This document shows, one piece after another, positions 20,199-30,623 of a stretch of DNA of 64,000 nt. Where the stretch lies: NCBI GenBank assembly GCA_963753975.1, contig CAVWEH010000005.1, positions 192,001-256,000 on the forward strand, in the 5' to 3' direction. Source of the DNA: an uncultured delta proteobacterium. Lineage in GTDB: Bacteria > Desulfobacterota > Syntrophia > Syntrophales > Smithellaceae. Position 1 is the stretch's first letter, and every line of letters starts with the position of its first letter. A program made the translations under genes and the position numbers. The notes under the pieces are model-generated. The model worked only from the letters and a program-made list of their open reading frames with translations, did no database searches and was not told the origin of the DNA.

Positions 20199-22745
20199 AT
20201 GCCGAAAAAGCGAGTTTATGAATTGGCCAAAGAACTGAACCTGGAAAATAAAGAACTAATCGCGCATTTGGAAAAAATTGGTATTACGGTTAAGTCCCAT
20301 TCCAGTTCTTTGGAAGATGACGAGGTAGAAAAAATAAAAGACGTATTGCTCGCCGGTGAATCTCGTCAAATTGTAGAGGAACGAATAAAATCAACAGTGA
20401 TTCGGCGCCGTGCCGTTCGCGCTCCCAAAGATACACCAGCGCCGGAAGAAACCGACCACCCGGAAGCAGAGTTGGCGGAAAAGTCGGAAGATGAATCTTT
20501 AATCACGCCGTCAGAAAAAACCGGTAAAGATAGAAAGGAAGAGGTACCTAAACCTCAAAGCGAAGCAGAAGCAGCAACGCCGGCAATAAAAGGTAGTCAG
20601 GACGCGCAAACAATTGAGAGGGAGAAATTCAAGAAGCCCTCGGTAGTTCCTTCCGGGCCGTCTATTATTTCTAAGCACAAAATCACCCATCCGGAAACAA
20701 AAAAAGGAGGTCCGCCGAAAGCGTCGCTAAAGCCAGGAGAGAAAATAATTATTGCTCCGCCAGAAAAACAACTTCAGAAGGAATTTGAAAAACCAAAAAG
20801 AAAAGGCAAAGGCCCTGTAGAAGTATTTATCGAAGAGGAAAAAGAAGTTCCGCGCCGCAAGGTTTTAGAGAAAAAAATAGAAAAGAAGTTAAGAAAACAG
20901 GATGAAGAGAGAGAAGTAATTTTTACCAAGTGGCGGGACGAAAAAAAAGTTGCCCCCGCCAAGATGAAAAAAACAGAGATTACGGTGCCTAAGGCCATTA
21001 AAAGGCGCGTCAGGATTGGAGAGACAATCTCTGTCGGTGATTTAGCCAAGAGAATGGGAGTTAAAGCCGGCGATGTAATTAACAAATTAATGTCCATGGG
21101 TGTTATGGCCAGCATTAATCAATCCATCGATTATGATATTGCCGCAATAGTTGCCAACGAGTTCAGTTTCCAGGTGGAAAAAGCGGAGTTGGAATTTGAC
21201 GAATCTATTTTAAAAACTGCTGCCTCTCCGGAAAAGCTCAAGCCACGGGCACCTGTTGTTACTATTATGGGACATGTAGACCACGGTAAAACCTCTCTTC
21301 TAGACGCCATCAGGCAGTCCAATGTAATTGCCGGAGAAGCCGGGGGAATTACTCAGGCCATCGGTGCCTATCATGTCCACATAAATGGACGGGATATAGT
21401 TTTTCTGGACACTCCCGGACATGAAGCGTTTACGGCCATGCGGGCGCGCGGGGCGCAGGTAACTGATATAGTGGTTCTTGTTGTCGCCGCTGACGACGGC
21501 GTAATGGAACAAACCATCGAGGCGATAAATCACTCCAAGGCTGCCGGAGTACCGATCATCGTCGCCATCAATAAAATAGATAAACCGGGTGCTGATCCCG
21601 AAAAAATTAAACAGTCGCTCACCGAGCACGGTCTTTTATCCGAGCAATGGGGCGGCGAAACCATTTTTTGCGAAGTTTCCGCGAAAAAGAAAACGGGTAT
21701 CGAGGAACTTCTGGAAATGATTCTGCTACAGGCTGATGTTCTGGAGTTAAAAGCTGATCCCGACCGCCCGGCCCGCGGTATTATTATCGAGGCTAAACTG
21801 GACCGCGGTCGCGGCCCGGTAGCAACGGTTTTAATTCAGGAAGGCACCCTTAAAGAAGGAGATGCGTTTGTTTCCAAGAGCGAGTTTGGCCGCGTTCGGG
21901 CAATGATTAATGATCAGGGAAGGCGCGTCAATGAAGCTGAACCGTCCATGCCGGTGGAAGTTATCGGTTTTTCCAATGTCCCGCAAATAGGAGCGGAATT
22001 TTTTTGCGTCGAAGATGACAAGAAAGCGCGCAGTATCGCTGAATATTGGATACGGAAAACAAGAGAAAAAGAGCTTTCCGCTTCTTCCAAAATTACTCTA
22101 GAACAGCTTTATCAAAAAATAAAGGAAGGTGTAAAAGACCTTAATGTCATTATCAAGGCAGACGTGCGAGGATCGATCGAAGCAATTTCCGACGCTTTGA
22201 ATAAACTTTCGACGAACGACATAAAACTTAAAATTATCCATAGCTCGACTGGCGCCATTAGTGAAACGGATGTCCTGCTCGCTTCCGCCGCCAATGCTAT
22301 CATCATAGGATTTAATGTCCGCCCCGACGCTCGCGTGGTTGAAATCGCCGAGCAAGAAGGCGTGGAAATCAAGCTTTATGACATTATTTACAATGTCATT
22401 GCCGATGTGCGGGCGGCCATGGAAGGACTTTTGGAGCCGGAATATAAAGAAGTGGTTCAAGGCCGGGCGGAAGTACGCGAACTATTCAAAGTGCCTAAAA
22501 TTGGTACTATTGCCGGATGCTATGTGACCGACGGAAAAATTGTGCGCAATGCCAATCTGAAACTTGTCCGTGACAGCGTAGTCGTTTTCGACGGAAAAAT
22601 CCTCTCCTTGAAGCGCTTTAAAGACGATGCCCGGGAAGTGCTTGCCGGTTTTGAATGCGGCATCAGCATCGACGGATTTAACGATATTCATGTTGGTGAC
22701 GTAATTGAGTCTTATATAAATGAACGGTTAGAAAGAAAACTCTAA
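20199..22745 (+). CDS. infB: Translation initiation factor IF-2
   Basis: [35 protein letters not shown]. Confidence 0.99.
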   Translation: MPKKRVYELAKELNLENKELIAHLEKIGITVKSHSSSLEDDEVEKIKDVLLAGESRQIVEERIKSTVIRRRAVRAPKDTPAPEETDHPEAELAEKSEDESLITPSEKTGKDRKEEVPKPQSEAEAATPAIKGSQDAQTIEREKFKKPSVVPSGPSIISKHKITHPETKKGGPPKASLKPGEKIIIAPPEKQLQKEFEKPKRKGKGPVEVFIEEEKEVPRRKVLEKKIEKKLRKQDEEREVIFTKWRDEKKVAPAKMKKTEITVPKAIKRRVRIGETISVGDLAKRMGVKAGDVINKLMSMGVMASINQSIDYDIAAIVANEFSFQVEKAELEFDESILKTAASPEKLKPRAPVVTIMGHVDHGKTSLLDAIRQSNVIAGEAGGITQAIGAYHVHINGRDIVFLDTPGHEAFTAMRARGAQVTDIVVLVVAADDGVMEQTIEAINHSKAAGVPIIVAINKIDKPGADPEKIKQSLTEHGLLSEQWGGETIFCEVSAKKKTGIEELLEMILLQADVLELKADPDRPARGIIIEAKLDRGRGPVATVLIQEGTLKEGDAFVSKSEFGRVRAMINDQGRRVNEAEPSMPVEVIGFSNVPQIGAEFFCVEDDKKARSIAEYWIRKTREKELSASSKITLEQLYQKIKEGVKDLNVIIKADVRGSIEAISDALNKLSTNDIKLKIIHSSTGAISETDVLLASAANAIIIGFNVRPDARVVEIAEQEGVEIKLYDIIYNVIADVRAAMEGLLEPEYKEVVQGRAEVRELFKVPKIGTIAGCYVTDGKIVRNANLKLVRDSVVVFDGKILSLKRFKDDAREVLAGFECGISIDGFNDIHVGDVIESYINERLERKL

Positions 22746-22789
22746 TAATCGGAATTTCTTTTTAATCTGAATGGTCACGGAAAAGCTTT

Positions 22790-23128
22790 ATGGTTATTGG
22801 CTACGGAACCATAAATTTACGAATTCCCCAAAGCGGTTCTTTGAAAGAAAAGAGGAGCGTTTTAAATAAAATTTTGAAGCGAACTCAAAATGAGTTTAAT
22901 GTATCCATCGCGGAGGTAGGTTATCTGGATAGCTACAAATTTGCCCAAATTGGATTTGCCGTTGTGGGAAATGATTCTCACTATATCAATGGAAAAGTTG
23001 ATCATCTACTCAGGTTCGTCGATAATTTACGCGCTGCCGAAACATTAGGGAGCAAAATAGAGATCATGGTTGTTTCCAGTTTTCTGGAAGCCGGCCATTG
23101 GGAAAAAGGAAAGTACGATGAGCTTTAA
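22790..23128 (+). CDS. DUF503/YlxP family protein
   Basis: SLKEKRSV...FNVSIAEV; between infB and rbfA. Confidence 0.9.
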   Translation: MVIGYGTINLRIPQSGSLKEKRSVLNKILKRTQNEFNVSIAEVGYLDSYKFAQIGFAVVGNDSHYINGKVDHLLRFVDNLRAAETLGSKIEIMVVSSFLEAGHWEKGKYDEL

Positions 23129-23477
23129 AAGAGCGGATAGAGTGGCCGAATTAATACTGGCCGAAATCTCGGACATTATTTTCAAGGAAGTGAAGGACCC
23201 GCGAGTACAGGCATTAACTATCACCTCCGTGAAAGTAAGCGATGATTTGCGTAATGCCAAGATTTTTTTTGTTGAAATGGGCAAAGATGAATGCTCTTCC
23301 GAAATCAGAACCGGCTTAACCAGGGCAACCAATTTTGTGCGGCGGGAATTAGGTAAAAGACTGAAATTGCGTTTTGTGCCGGAAATTACCTTTATCCATG
23401 ACCGATCTTTTAGTTACGGCAGCCGTATTGATAAAATACTGGCGGATATCGCGCGGCAGGATGCAAAAAATGATTAA
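23118..23477 (+). CDS. rbfA: Ribosome-binding factor A
   Basis: RADRVAE, KDPR, SDDLRNAK, LRFVPEITF.D. Confidence 0.97.
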   Translation: MSFKRADRVAELILAEISDIIFKEVKDPRVQALTITSVKVSDDLRNAKIFFVEMGKDECSSEIRTGLTRATNFVRRELGKRLKLRFVPEITFIHDRSFSYGSRIDKILADIARQDAKND

Positions 23478-24420
23478 CAAAATTATCGAGGCTATAAATG
23501 AAGGGCAGAGCTTTTTAATTACATCCCACGTTAGATTGGATGGAGATGCTCTAGGTTCCGAACTGGCGCTTTTTCTTATATTAAGTGATTTAGGGAAAAA
23601 AGCAGTTATTTATAATCAGGATGATACGCCAAAGAACTATTATTTTTTGCCGGCAGCACAAAAAATAGTTCATCAGTTCGACAATGCCCAACAGTATGAT
23701 GCCGCTTTCGTGCTTGATTGCAGTGAGTTAGAACGCGTGGGAGATAAAGCAGCTGAAATCGGCAAGATAGGTAAAATAATTAACATTGATCATCATGTAT
23801 CCAACGGAGTTTTTTCTGCATTAAGAATATTGGATACTCAGGCAAGTTCCACCGGAGAATTACTTTATAGTTTGTTCAAGCAAATGAGCTACAATATGAC
23901 TCCAGATGTTTGCACTAATTTGTACGCAGCAATACTGACGGACACCGGAGGTTTCCGTTACTCCAGCACGCGCAAAGAAACTCTTTGGGCGGCGGGGAAT
24001 TTAGTGGAAAACGGCGCAGATCCGCAGTGGATCTCGGAAAACATTTACGAAAGCGATTCACCGGCAAAACTAAAATTGCTGGCCAAAGTACTGGAAACAT
24101 TATCCTTGGATTTAAAAAACAAGGTGGGTTCCCTGGTGGTCACACAAAACGCGCTAAGGGATACTGGCGCTTCTTTGGAGCATACTGAGGGATTGGTCGA
24201 TATACCCCGCACAGTTAAAGAAATCTCTATATCGATTCTTTACACTCAACTGGCAGACGACTATTTCAAACTAAGTTTACGCTCTAAAGGCAGTGTGAAT
24301 GTGGAAAAAATAGCAAAAAAGTTTGGCGGCGGCGGCCATGTTAATGCGGCAGGCTGCACGATTAAGGGAAAGATTGACACAATTAAACTCCAGATTCTCC
24401 AGGCAATTAAAGAAATATAG
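23470..24420 (+). CDS. nrnA: DHH-family oligoribonuclease/pAp phosphatase
   Basis: H..LDGDALGS, IDHH, DTGGF, SLRS, FGGGGH. Confidence 0.92.
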   Translation: MINKIIEAINEGQSFLITSHVRLDGDALGSELALFLILSDLGKKAVIYNQDDTPKNYYFLPAAQKIVHQFDNAQQYDAAFVLDCSELERVGDKAAEIGKIGKIINIDHHVSNGVFSALRILDTQASSTGELLYSLFKQMSYNMTPDVCTNLYAAILTDTGGFRYSSTRKETLWAAGNLVENGADPQWISENIYESDSPAKLKLLAKVLETLSLDLKNKVGSLVVTQNALRDTGASLEHTEGLVDIPRTVKEISISILYTQLADDYFKLSLRSKGSVNVEKIAKKFGGGGHVNAAGCTIKGKIDTIKLQILQAIKEI

Positions 24421-24426
24421 TACTTT

Positions 24427-25368
24427 ATGAATGGCATAGTTATTATTGATAAACCGGCCGGAAAAACTTCACATGACATAGTGAGTGAAGTAAAAAAAAT
24501 ATTAGGCGCGAAAAAGGCCGGCCACACCGGTACACTCGATCCGATGGCTACCGGAGTGCTTCCGGTCTGCCTGAATGAGGCGACAAAACTGGCACAATTT
24601 TTATCCGGCGAAAGCAAAGAATACACAGCGACAATGTTGCTGGGCGTTAAAACGGATACATTGGACGGAGAAGGTAAAATTACCGCTAAATCAGACAAAG
24701 CAATCAGCAATGAGGAAATAAAAGCGGCACTCGCTAAAATGGTGGGGAAAATCAGCCAAGTACCTCCCGCCTTTTCGGCGGTCAAATATGGCGGAGAGCC
24801 TTTATACAAATATGCACGAAAAGGCGTGTTCCTGAAAGCACCGGCGCGGGAGGTGGAAATTTCCAATATTACGATCCAGGAGATTTCATTTCCCCGCGTG
24901 ACTTTTATGATTGCTTGTTCTAAAGGAACATATATACGGCAACTATGTTCCGATGTTGGAGAGATGCTCGGTTGCGGCGCTTGCTTAATCGGCCTGCGCC
25001 GATTGCGCAGTGGATTTTTTTCCGAAGATATGGCCGTATCTCTGGATAATTATGCCCACGCAGAGAAAAAAATCGAACTAGAAAAAAAAATGCTGCCTAT
25101 GGAAAAATCGCTGCCTTTGCTTACCGCAATTGAAGTGGCGGAAGACCTGGTAAATAAGCTGCGCGCCGGATTTCAACCCTCCGTAGAAATGATGAGAGCC
25201 CATGTTCCCCCTTTTCTTGAAGCTGGAGATATGCTAAAGTTTATGGATTCCGGCGGAAATCTGGTGGCCCTGGCGGAAATGGTGATACCGGTCAATAAGT
25301 TCGCCGAAGTAGACGGAAAGTTTCAGGCGGCTCGGATTATCCGGGTATTTAACAATATCGACAATTAA
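24427..25368 (+). CDS. truB: tRNA pseudouridine(55) synthase
   Basis: DKPAG.TSHD, GHTGTLDP, CSKGTYIR. Confidence 0.97.
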   Translation: MNGIVIIDKPAGKTSHDIVSEVKKILGAKKAGHTGTLDPMATGVLPVCLNEATKLAQFLSGESKEYTATMLLGVKTDTLDGEGKITAKSDKAISNEEIKAALAKMVGKISQVPPAFSAVKYGGEPLYKYARKGVFLKAPAREVEISNITIQEISFPRVTFMIACSKGTYIRQLCSDVGEMLGCGACLIGLRRLRSGFFSEDMAVSLDNYAHAEKKIELEKKMLPMEKSLPLLTAIEVAEDLVNKLRAGFQPSVEMMRAHVPPFLEAGDMLKFMDSGGNLVALAEMVIPVNKFAEVDGKFQAARIIRVFNNIDN

Positions 25369-25417
25369 AAATAAATTTAGCAAAAAAGGGATTTAATTAC
25401 TGAGGGAGGAAAAAGGA

Positions 25418-25684
25418 GTGTTAACTTTGGAGAAAAGGAAAACATTAATCGCAGATTATCGGCTTCACGAAAAGGATACAGGCTCTCCTGAAGTCCAGAT
25501 CGCACTTTTAAGCGCCAGAATAGAGTACCTGACGGAGCACTTTAAAGCGCACAAAAAGGACCATCATTCGCGCCGCGGTCTATTGAAATTAGTCGGTCAA
25601 AGAAGAAGGCTTCTTAATTACATCAAAGATAATGACGTCGAGCGATACAGGAATATAGTTAAACGCCTGGGACTCAGGAAATAA
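25418..25684 (+). CDS. rpsO: 30S ribosomal protein S15 (GTG start)
   Basis: [20 protein letters not shown]. Confidence 0.98.
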   Translation: MLTLEKRKTLIADYRLHEKDTGSPEVQIALLSARIEYLTEHFKAHKKDHHSRRGLLKLVGQRRRLLNYIKDNDVERYRNIVKRLGLRK

Positions 25685-25816
25685 AAGCGCAAGAGCGAAT
25701 GGTGACAGCCTGTTCGATTTCCCGTGTGAATTCGTAGACAAGCGTGAATCGGTTATTGCTATCGTTCTTGAGCTTCCTGTTTTAGGTTTTTTAGGAATAA
25801 AGTGGAGGAAAAATGA

Positions 25817-27937
25817 ATGAGTAATGTATTTAGTGCTGATTTTGCCGGCCGTAATGTTTCTCTGAAAACTAATTACGTTGCCGGTCAGGCTGATGGTTCA
25901 ATATTGGCTTATTACGGCGATACAGTTGTTTTGGTAACGGCGGTTTCTTTAAAGACGGCAAGAGAAGGAGTCGATTTTCTGCCCTTGACTGTGGACTATC
26001 AGGAAATGACTTTTGCCGCCGGAAAAATTCCGGGGGGGTTTTTTAAAAGAGAAGGACGTCCCAATGAAAAAGAAATTTTAACATCTCGCATAATTGACAG
26101 ATCAATTCGTCCTTTATTTCCCAAAGGATATTTTTTTGAAACGCAATTAGTAGCGACTGTGCTTTCCGTGGACAAAGAAAACGACTCTGATGTTACGGCC
26201 ATGATCGGGGCTTCAGCCGCTTTGGAAATATCGAATATACCCTTTAAAGGACCGATAGCTGGTGTGCGCGTGGGAAGAATAAACGGAGAGTTCACCTGCA
26301 ATGCTTCACTGGAAAAAATGCAGGAAAGTGAATTGAATATTTTTCTGGTCGGCAGAAAAGTATCACCCGGAAAATCGGACAAGTCTTACGATGTGGAACT
26401 GGTCATGATGGAGGGTGATGCTAAAGAGGTTGAAGAAAATGTAATAATCGATGCTATAAAATTCGGTTTGGAAGCAATTCGCCCGGCAATCGATCTGCAA
26501 GATAAAATGCGTCAAGCAGTTGGCAAAGAAAAAAGGCCTATCGAAGCGGTGAAATCAGATGAAAAATTAATCTCCAGTGTAAGCGCCGAGGCCATGGAAG
26601 GCCTCAAGGAAGCCTACAATATGCCCCGGAAACTGGAGCGTTACGGCAAACTTGATGAAGTAAGAGAAAGGGCAAAGAAAAACATAGGCGGCGATGATGA
26701 AATTTTGTGCGCTAAAGTTTCCGCAATCATTGAAGAATTAGAAAGACGCATATTGCGTGAAATGATCATAAAAGGGAAAAAGAGAATCGACGGTAGGTCT
26801 TCTACCGCCATTCGCCCAATCAGCGCTGAAGTCGGGGTTCTGCCCCGCGCCCACGGCTCGGCGTTATTCAACCGCGGCGAGACGCAAGCATTGGTAGCAC
26901 TCACTTTAGGAACATCTTCCGACGAACAGCGCATGGATTATGTAAGTGGCGAAGAGTTGAGATCCTTTATACTACATTATAATTTTCCACCCTATTCTGT
27001 CGGCGAAGCCAAACCCCTACGCAGCCCCGGTAGAAGAGAAATCGGCCACGGGGCGCTGGCACGAAAATCTCTTGTGCCTGTTTTACCCACACCGGAAGAA
27101 TTTCCCTACACTATCAGGATCGTTTCTGAAATTCTTTCTTCCAACGGCTCGTCTTCAATGGCGACAGTTTGCGGTGGCATTCTCTCCTTAATGGATGCTG
27201 GTGTACCGGTAAAAAATATTGTTGCCGGCATTGCCATGGGCCTTTTGAAAGAAGGAGATAAAGTTGTTGTTTTATCGGATATTCTTGGCGACGAAGACCA
27301 TGCCGGCGATATGGATTTTAAAATCTGCGGAACCGAAAAAGGCGTGACCGCCATGCAAATGGATATCAAAATCGACGGTTTGACCGAAAATATTTTACGA
27401 GAAGCTCTGGAACAGGCAAAAGAAGGAAGAATCTTTATAATCAATAAATTGCGTGAGACGATAGCGGCCCCGCGTCCGGATATTTCCCTTTATGCGCCGC
27501 GTATTACCACTGTCAAAGTTAAGGAAGACCAAGTACGTACGGTTATTGGGTCGGGAGGCAAGAATATCCGGCAGATTATAAGTGAAACAGGAGTTACTAT
27601 TGATGTTGAAGATGACGGTACGGTAACTATTGCCTCCAGCGATGCCGAAGCGGCAGCGCGTGCTGTGGCCATGGTCAAATGGCTAACGGAGGAAGCTGAA
27701 GTCGGAAAAATCTATAACGGTACAGTAAAGAAAATAGTCGATTTTGGCGCTTTTGTCGAAATTTTGCCGGGAACTGAAGGCCTGCTCCATATATCTCAAA
27801 TTGCCAAAGAAAGAATAAATAAAGTTACCGATGTTTTGAAAGAAGGCGATGAAGTAATGGTGAAAGTCCTGGAAATAGACAAACAGGGCAAAATACGCCT
27901 TAGCCGGAAAGATGCATTGGGGGCGCAAGTAAAATAA
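25817..27937 (+). CDS. pnp: Polyribonucleotide nucleotidyltransferase
   Basis: FLPLTVDY, RREIGHG, SNGSSSMA, GDMDFK, KH and S1 domains. Confidence 0.99.
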   Translation: MSNVFSADFAGRNVSLKTNYVAGQADGSILAYYGDTVVLVTAVSLKTAREGVDFLPLTVDYQEMTFAAGKIPGGFFKREGRPNEKEILTSRIIDRSIRPLFPKGYFFETQLVATVLSVDKENDSDVTAMIGASAALEISNIPFKGPIAGVRVGRINGEFTCNASLEKMQESELNIFLVGRKVSPGKSDKSYDVELVMMEGDAKEVEENVIIDAIKFGLEAIRPAIDLQDKMRQAVGKEKRPIEAVKSDEKLISSVSAEAMEGLKEAYNMPRKLERYGKLDEVRERAKKNIGGDDEILCAKVSAIIEELERRILREMIIKGKKRIDGRSSTAIRPISAEVGVLPRAHGSALFNRGETQALVALTLGTSSDEQRMDYVSGEELRSFILHYNFPPYSVGEAKPLRSPGRREIGHGALARKSLVPVLPTPEEFPYTIRIVSEILSSNGSSSMATVCGGILSLMDAGVPVKNIVAGIAMGLLKEGDKVVVLSDILGDEDHAGDMDFKICGTEKGVTAMQMDIKIDGLTENILREALEQAKEGRIFIINKLRETIAAPRPDISLYAPRITTVKVKEDQVRTVIGSGGKNIRQIISETGVTIDVEDDGTVTIASSDAEAAARAVAMVKWLTEEAEVGKIYNGTVKKIVDFGAFVEILPGTEGLLHISQIAKERINKVTDVLKEGDEVMVKVLEIDKQGKIRLSRKDALGAQVK

Positions 27938-28092
27938 GTTAACTCCTTGATCAAAGCGACCTCTCCAGAATAGCTGTTTTGTATAATCATAATTAATTTG
28001 CTATAAAACGGCTCTTACCGTAAAAACAAACGTCTATATGCGGTTAACTTTATTTTCCAGTAAGCTGATAAATATTTTTAATTGGAAACACA

Positions 28093-28536
28093 ATGGAAAA
28101 AATTGAGGTATGTATACAAAGAACTACCGGTAATGACGATATCCCTTTGCCTCGATACATGACTAACCAGGCTGCCGGAATGGATATATTTGCAGCTGTG
28201 ATCGAAGAAGAGATTATTCTGCCCGGGCAGCGGAAAAAAATACCGACGGGCATTAAGATAGCCTTGCCCGAAGGTTATGAAGCGCAAATAAGACCGCGTA
28301 GCGGACTGGCTATAAATCAAGGAATAACATTACTCAATTCACCGGGCACAATTGATCCCGATTATCGCGGAGAAATTGCCTTGATTGTCATCAATCTTGG
28401 AGAAGAACCTTTTATCGTTAAAAGGGGTACGCGTTTAGCGCAAATGATCATACAAAAAATTTGCCGTCTAGATTGGGTCGAAACCGCCGAACTAACCAAT
28501 ACGTCCAGAGGAAGCGGCGGATTTGGTCATACCTGA
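28093..28536 (+). CDS. dut: dUTP diphosphatase
   Basis: [30 protein letters not shown]. Confidence 0.97.
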   Translation: MEKIEVCIQRTTGNDDIPLPRYMTNQAAGMDIFAAVIEEEIILPGQRKKIPTGIKIALPEGYEAQIRPRSGLAINQGITLLNSPGTIDPDYRGEIALIVINLGEEPFIVKRGTRLAQMIIQKICRLDWVETAELTNTSRGSGGFGHT

Positions 28537-28642
28537 AATTAAGCTTAGCCGTACGCATAAAACTGCCTTTGATTTTGCAATTGGCTTTAAATAATGATAA
28601 GAAAATGATGTGACGATATCCGGGATAAGAAAAAGTTCGAGC

Positions 28643-29818
28643 ATGAAAAAATTCAAAGTCAAAAAAACATTTCAGGAAATTAATGAAAAAATCAAAGATG
28701 GGCATGCTGTCGTCGTAACAGCAGAAGAAATGATTGATATCGTGGAAAGACACGGCGAAGTTGAAGCAGCTCGTAAAATTGATGTTGTCACTACCGGAAC
28801 TTTCAGTCCGATGTGTTCTTCGGGAGCTTTTCTTAATTTCGGTCATACTTCTCCCCGTATTCGAGCATCCAAGGTTTGGTTAAACGACGTGCCCGCTTAC
28901 GGCGGAATTGCCGCCGTGGATTGTTACATCGGTGCAACCGAAGTTGTGGAAGGTGATCCTCTCAACAGTGTTTATCCCGGTGAATTCAATTACGGCGGCG
29001 GCCACGTAATCGAAGATTTTGTAACCGGAAATGTTGTGAAGCTCCGCGCCGAAGGTTATGGAACTGATTGTTATCCGGCAAGGAAATACGAAAGAAATAT
29101 CACGATAAATGATTTGCAGGATGCAATTTTGTTTAATCCGCGCAATGCTTATCAGAATTACAACTGCGCCGTTAATTTATCCGACACAACCATTTATACG
29201 TACATGGGTATGCTTCGTCCTCGAATGGCCAATGCCGCTTATGCTACATCCGGGCAATTGAGTCCTTTATTCAATGATCCTTATTATCGGACAATCGGCG
29301 TTGGTACACGGATTTTCTTAGGCGGAGCGCAGGGATTTGTCGCTTGGCCCGGGACCCAGCATAATCCAAACGTACCCAGGACGGACAAAGGCGTTCCCAA
29401 ACAGGGAGCAGGTACAATCGCCGTTGTCGGCAACCTGAAAGAAATGATTCCGGAGTGGCTGGCCGGAGCCAGTATATTAGGTTATGGAGTTTCCTTATTT
29501 GTGGGTATAGGAATTCCTATACCCATTTTGGATGAAGAAATGGCGCGTTTTACGGCAGTCAAGGATGAAGATATTTATACGCAAATTTATGATTACAGTA
29601 TGGATTACCCTAAAGGTGTGGCCAAACCTTTAACGGAAGTCAGTTACAAAGATTTGCGCAGCGGAACCATAGTCATTAACGATAAAAAAGTTATTACTGC
29701 ACCTTTATCCAGTTATTACAAGGCAGTGAAAATAGCTAATATATTGAAAGAATGGATCGAAGGCGGCAAATTCATATTGGGTGAACCTCAACAAATTTTG
29801 CCTTCTGTAAAAATTTAA
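28643..29818 (+). CDS. DUF39 homocysteine biosynthesis protein (aspartate-semialdehyde sulfurtransferase-like)
   Basis: DVVTTGTFSPMCSSG, YGGGHVIED, RNAYQNY, PLFNDP, GIGIPIP. Confidence 0.85.
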   Translation: MKKFKVKKTFQEINEKIKDGHAVVVTAEEMIDIVERHGEVEAARKIDVVTTGTFSPMCSSGAFLNFGHTSPRIRASKVWLNDVPAYGGIAAVDCYIGATEVVEGDPLNSVYPGEFNYGGGHVIEDFVTGNVVKLRAEGYGTDCYPARKYERNITINDLQDAILFNPRNAYQNYNCAVNLSDTTIYTYMGMLRPRMANAAYATSGQLSPLFNDPYYRTIGVGTRIFLGGAQGFVAWPGTQHNPNVPRTDKGVPKQGAGTIAVVGNLKEMIPEWLAGASILGYGVSLFVGIGIPIPILDEEMARFTAVKDEDIYTQIYDYSMDYPKGVAKPLTEVSYKDLRSGTIVINDKKVITAPLSSYYKAVKIANILKEWIEGGKFILGEPQQILPSVKI

Positions 29819-29954
29819 TTTATCGAGATTTTGACCTTGTTTGACTCATAAAAATTTCCAAAATTACCCCTAATTGCACTTTCTTTTGCTCTAGAAGCAG
29901 ATGATACTAGAAAGAGATGCTAATTTATTTCTAATTATTGATAATTATTTATTT

Positions 29955-29996
29955 TATTGATTAAAATTAATTAATATTAATTGATTTTAATCAATA
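29955..29996. promoter_or_regulatory. 42-bp near-perfect AT-rich palindrome upstream of the XRE-ftsB-pil cluster
   Basis: TATTGATTAAAATTAATTAAT|ATTAATTGATTTTAATCAATA, one mismatched pair; TTGACT follows at 30010. Confidence 0.5.
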
Positions 29997-30067
29997 TTAA
30001 ATATTTTTCTTGACTTTTCTTTAAAGTTAGTGTTTTTTAGCAATCAGATGAGGTGACGCTTTAATCT

Positions 30068-30265
30068 ATGATAGATAATATTAAGAAAAATCGAGTAAAA
30101 AAGTTGCGAGAGACAGTTCCATTAAGCATAGCTGAATTGGCAAGGAAGGCCGAATTGGCTCCTCAGACGATTGCCAAAATGGAAAAAGGATTGTCGACAA
30201 GGAAGAATTCGGAATTAAAAGTGGCCAAAGCGTTGCAGAAACCTTACGAAGAAGTGTTTCCTTGA
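30068..30265 (+). CDS. XRE-family helix-turn-helix protein
   Basis: VKKLRE...SIAELARKAEL...TIAKMEKG...KVAKAL. Confidence 0.85.
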   Translation: MIDNIKKNRVKKLRETVPLSIAELARKAELAPQTIAKMEKGLSTRKNSELKVAKALQKPYEEVFP

Positions 30266-30326
30266 AAGGGCAATGGATACATAAGATTAATTTCTGCCGT
30301 TTTGAATGCTGGAGGCTTATTTCTTA

Positions 30327-30593
30327 ATGAAGATAGGCAGGTATCTAGTTGTCTTTTTGCTGCTGATGGCTCTTTTGATTACTTTCGGCAATAGAGGGCT
30401 TGTTGATAATTACTTAGTGAGCAAGCGGTTAGCTGAGTTAAAGTTGCAAAGCAATGAAATAACTACCGAAAACAATGACTTAAAAAGGAAAATACTTTTA
30501 TTGCGCGACGATTTAACCTATATTGAAGCATTGGCTCGCAGCGAACTGGGTATGGTTAAAGAGGGAGACATTGTTTATCGGTTGGTAAAATAA
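30327..30593 (+). CDS. ftsB: Septum formation initiator FtsB/DivIC
   Basis: TM helix plus coiled coil, IEALARSELGMVKEGD. Confidence 0.88.
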   Translation: MKIGRYLVVFLLLMALLITFGNRGLVDNYLVSKRLAELKLQSNEITTENNDLKRKILLLRDDLTYIEALARSELGMVKEGDIVYRLVK

Positions 30594-30623
30594 TTTAGTT
30601 AAAAACAATGCGGTGGCTTTTCA

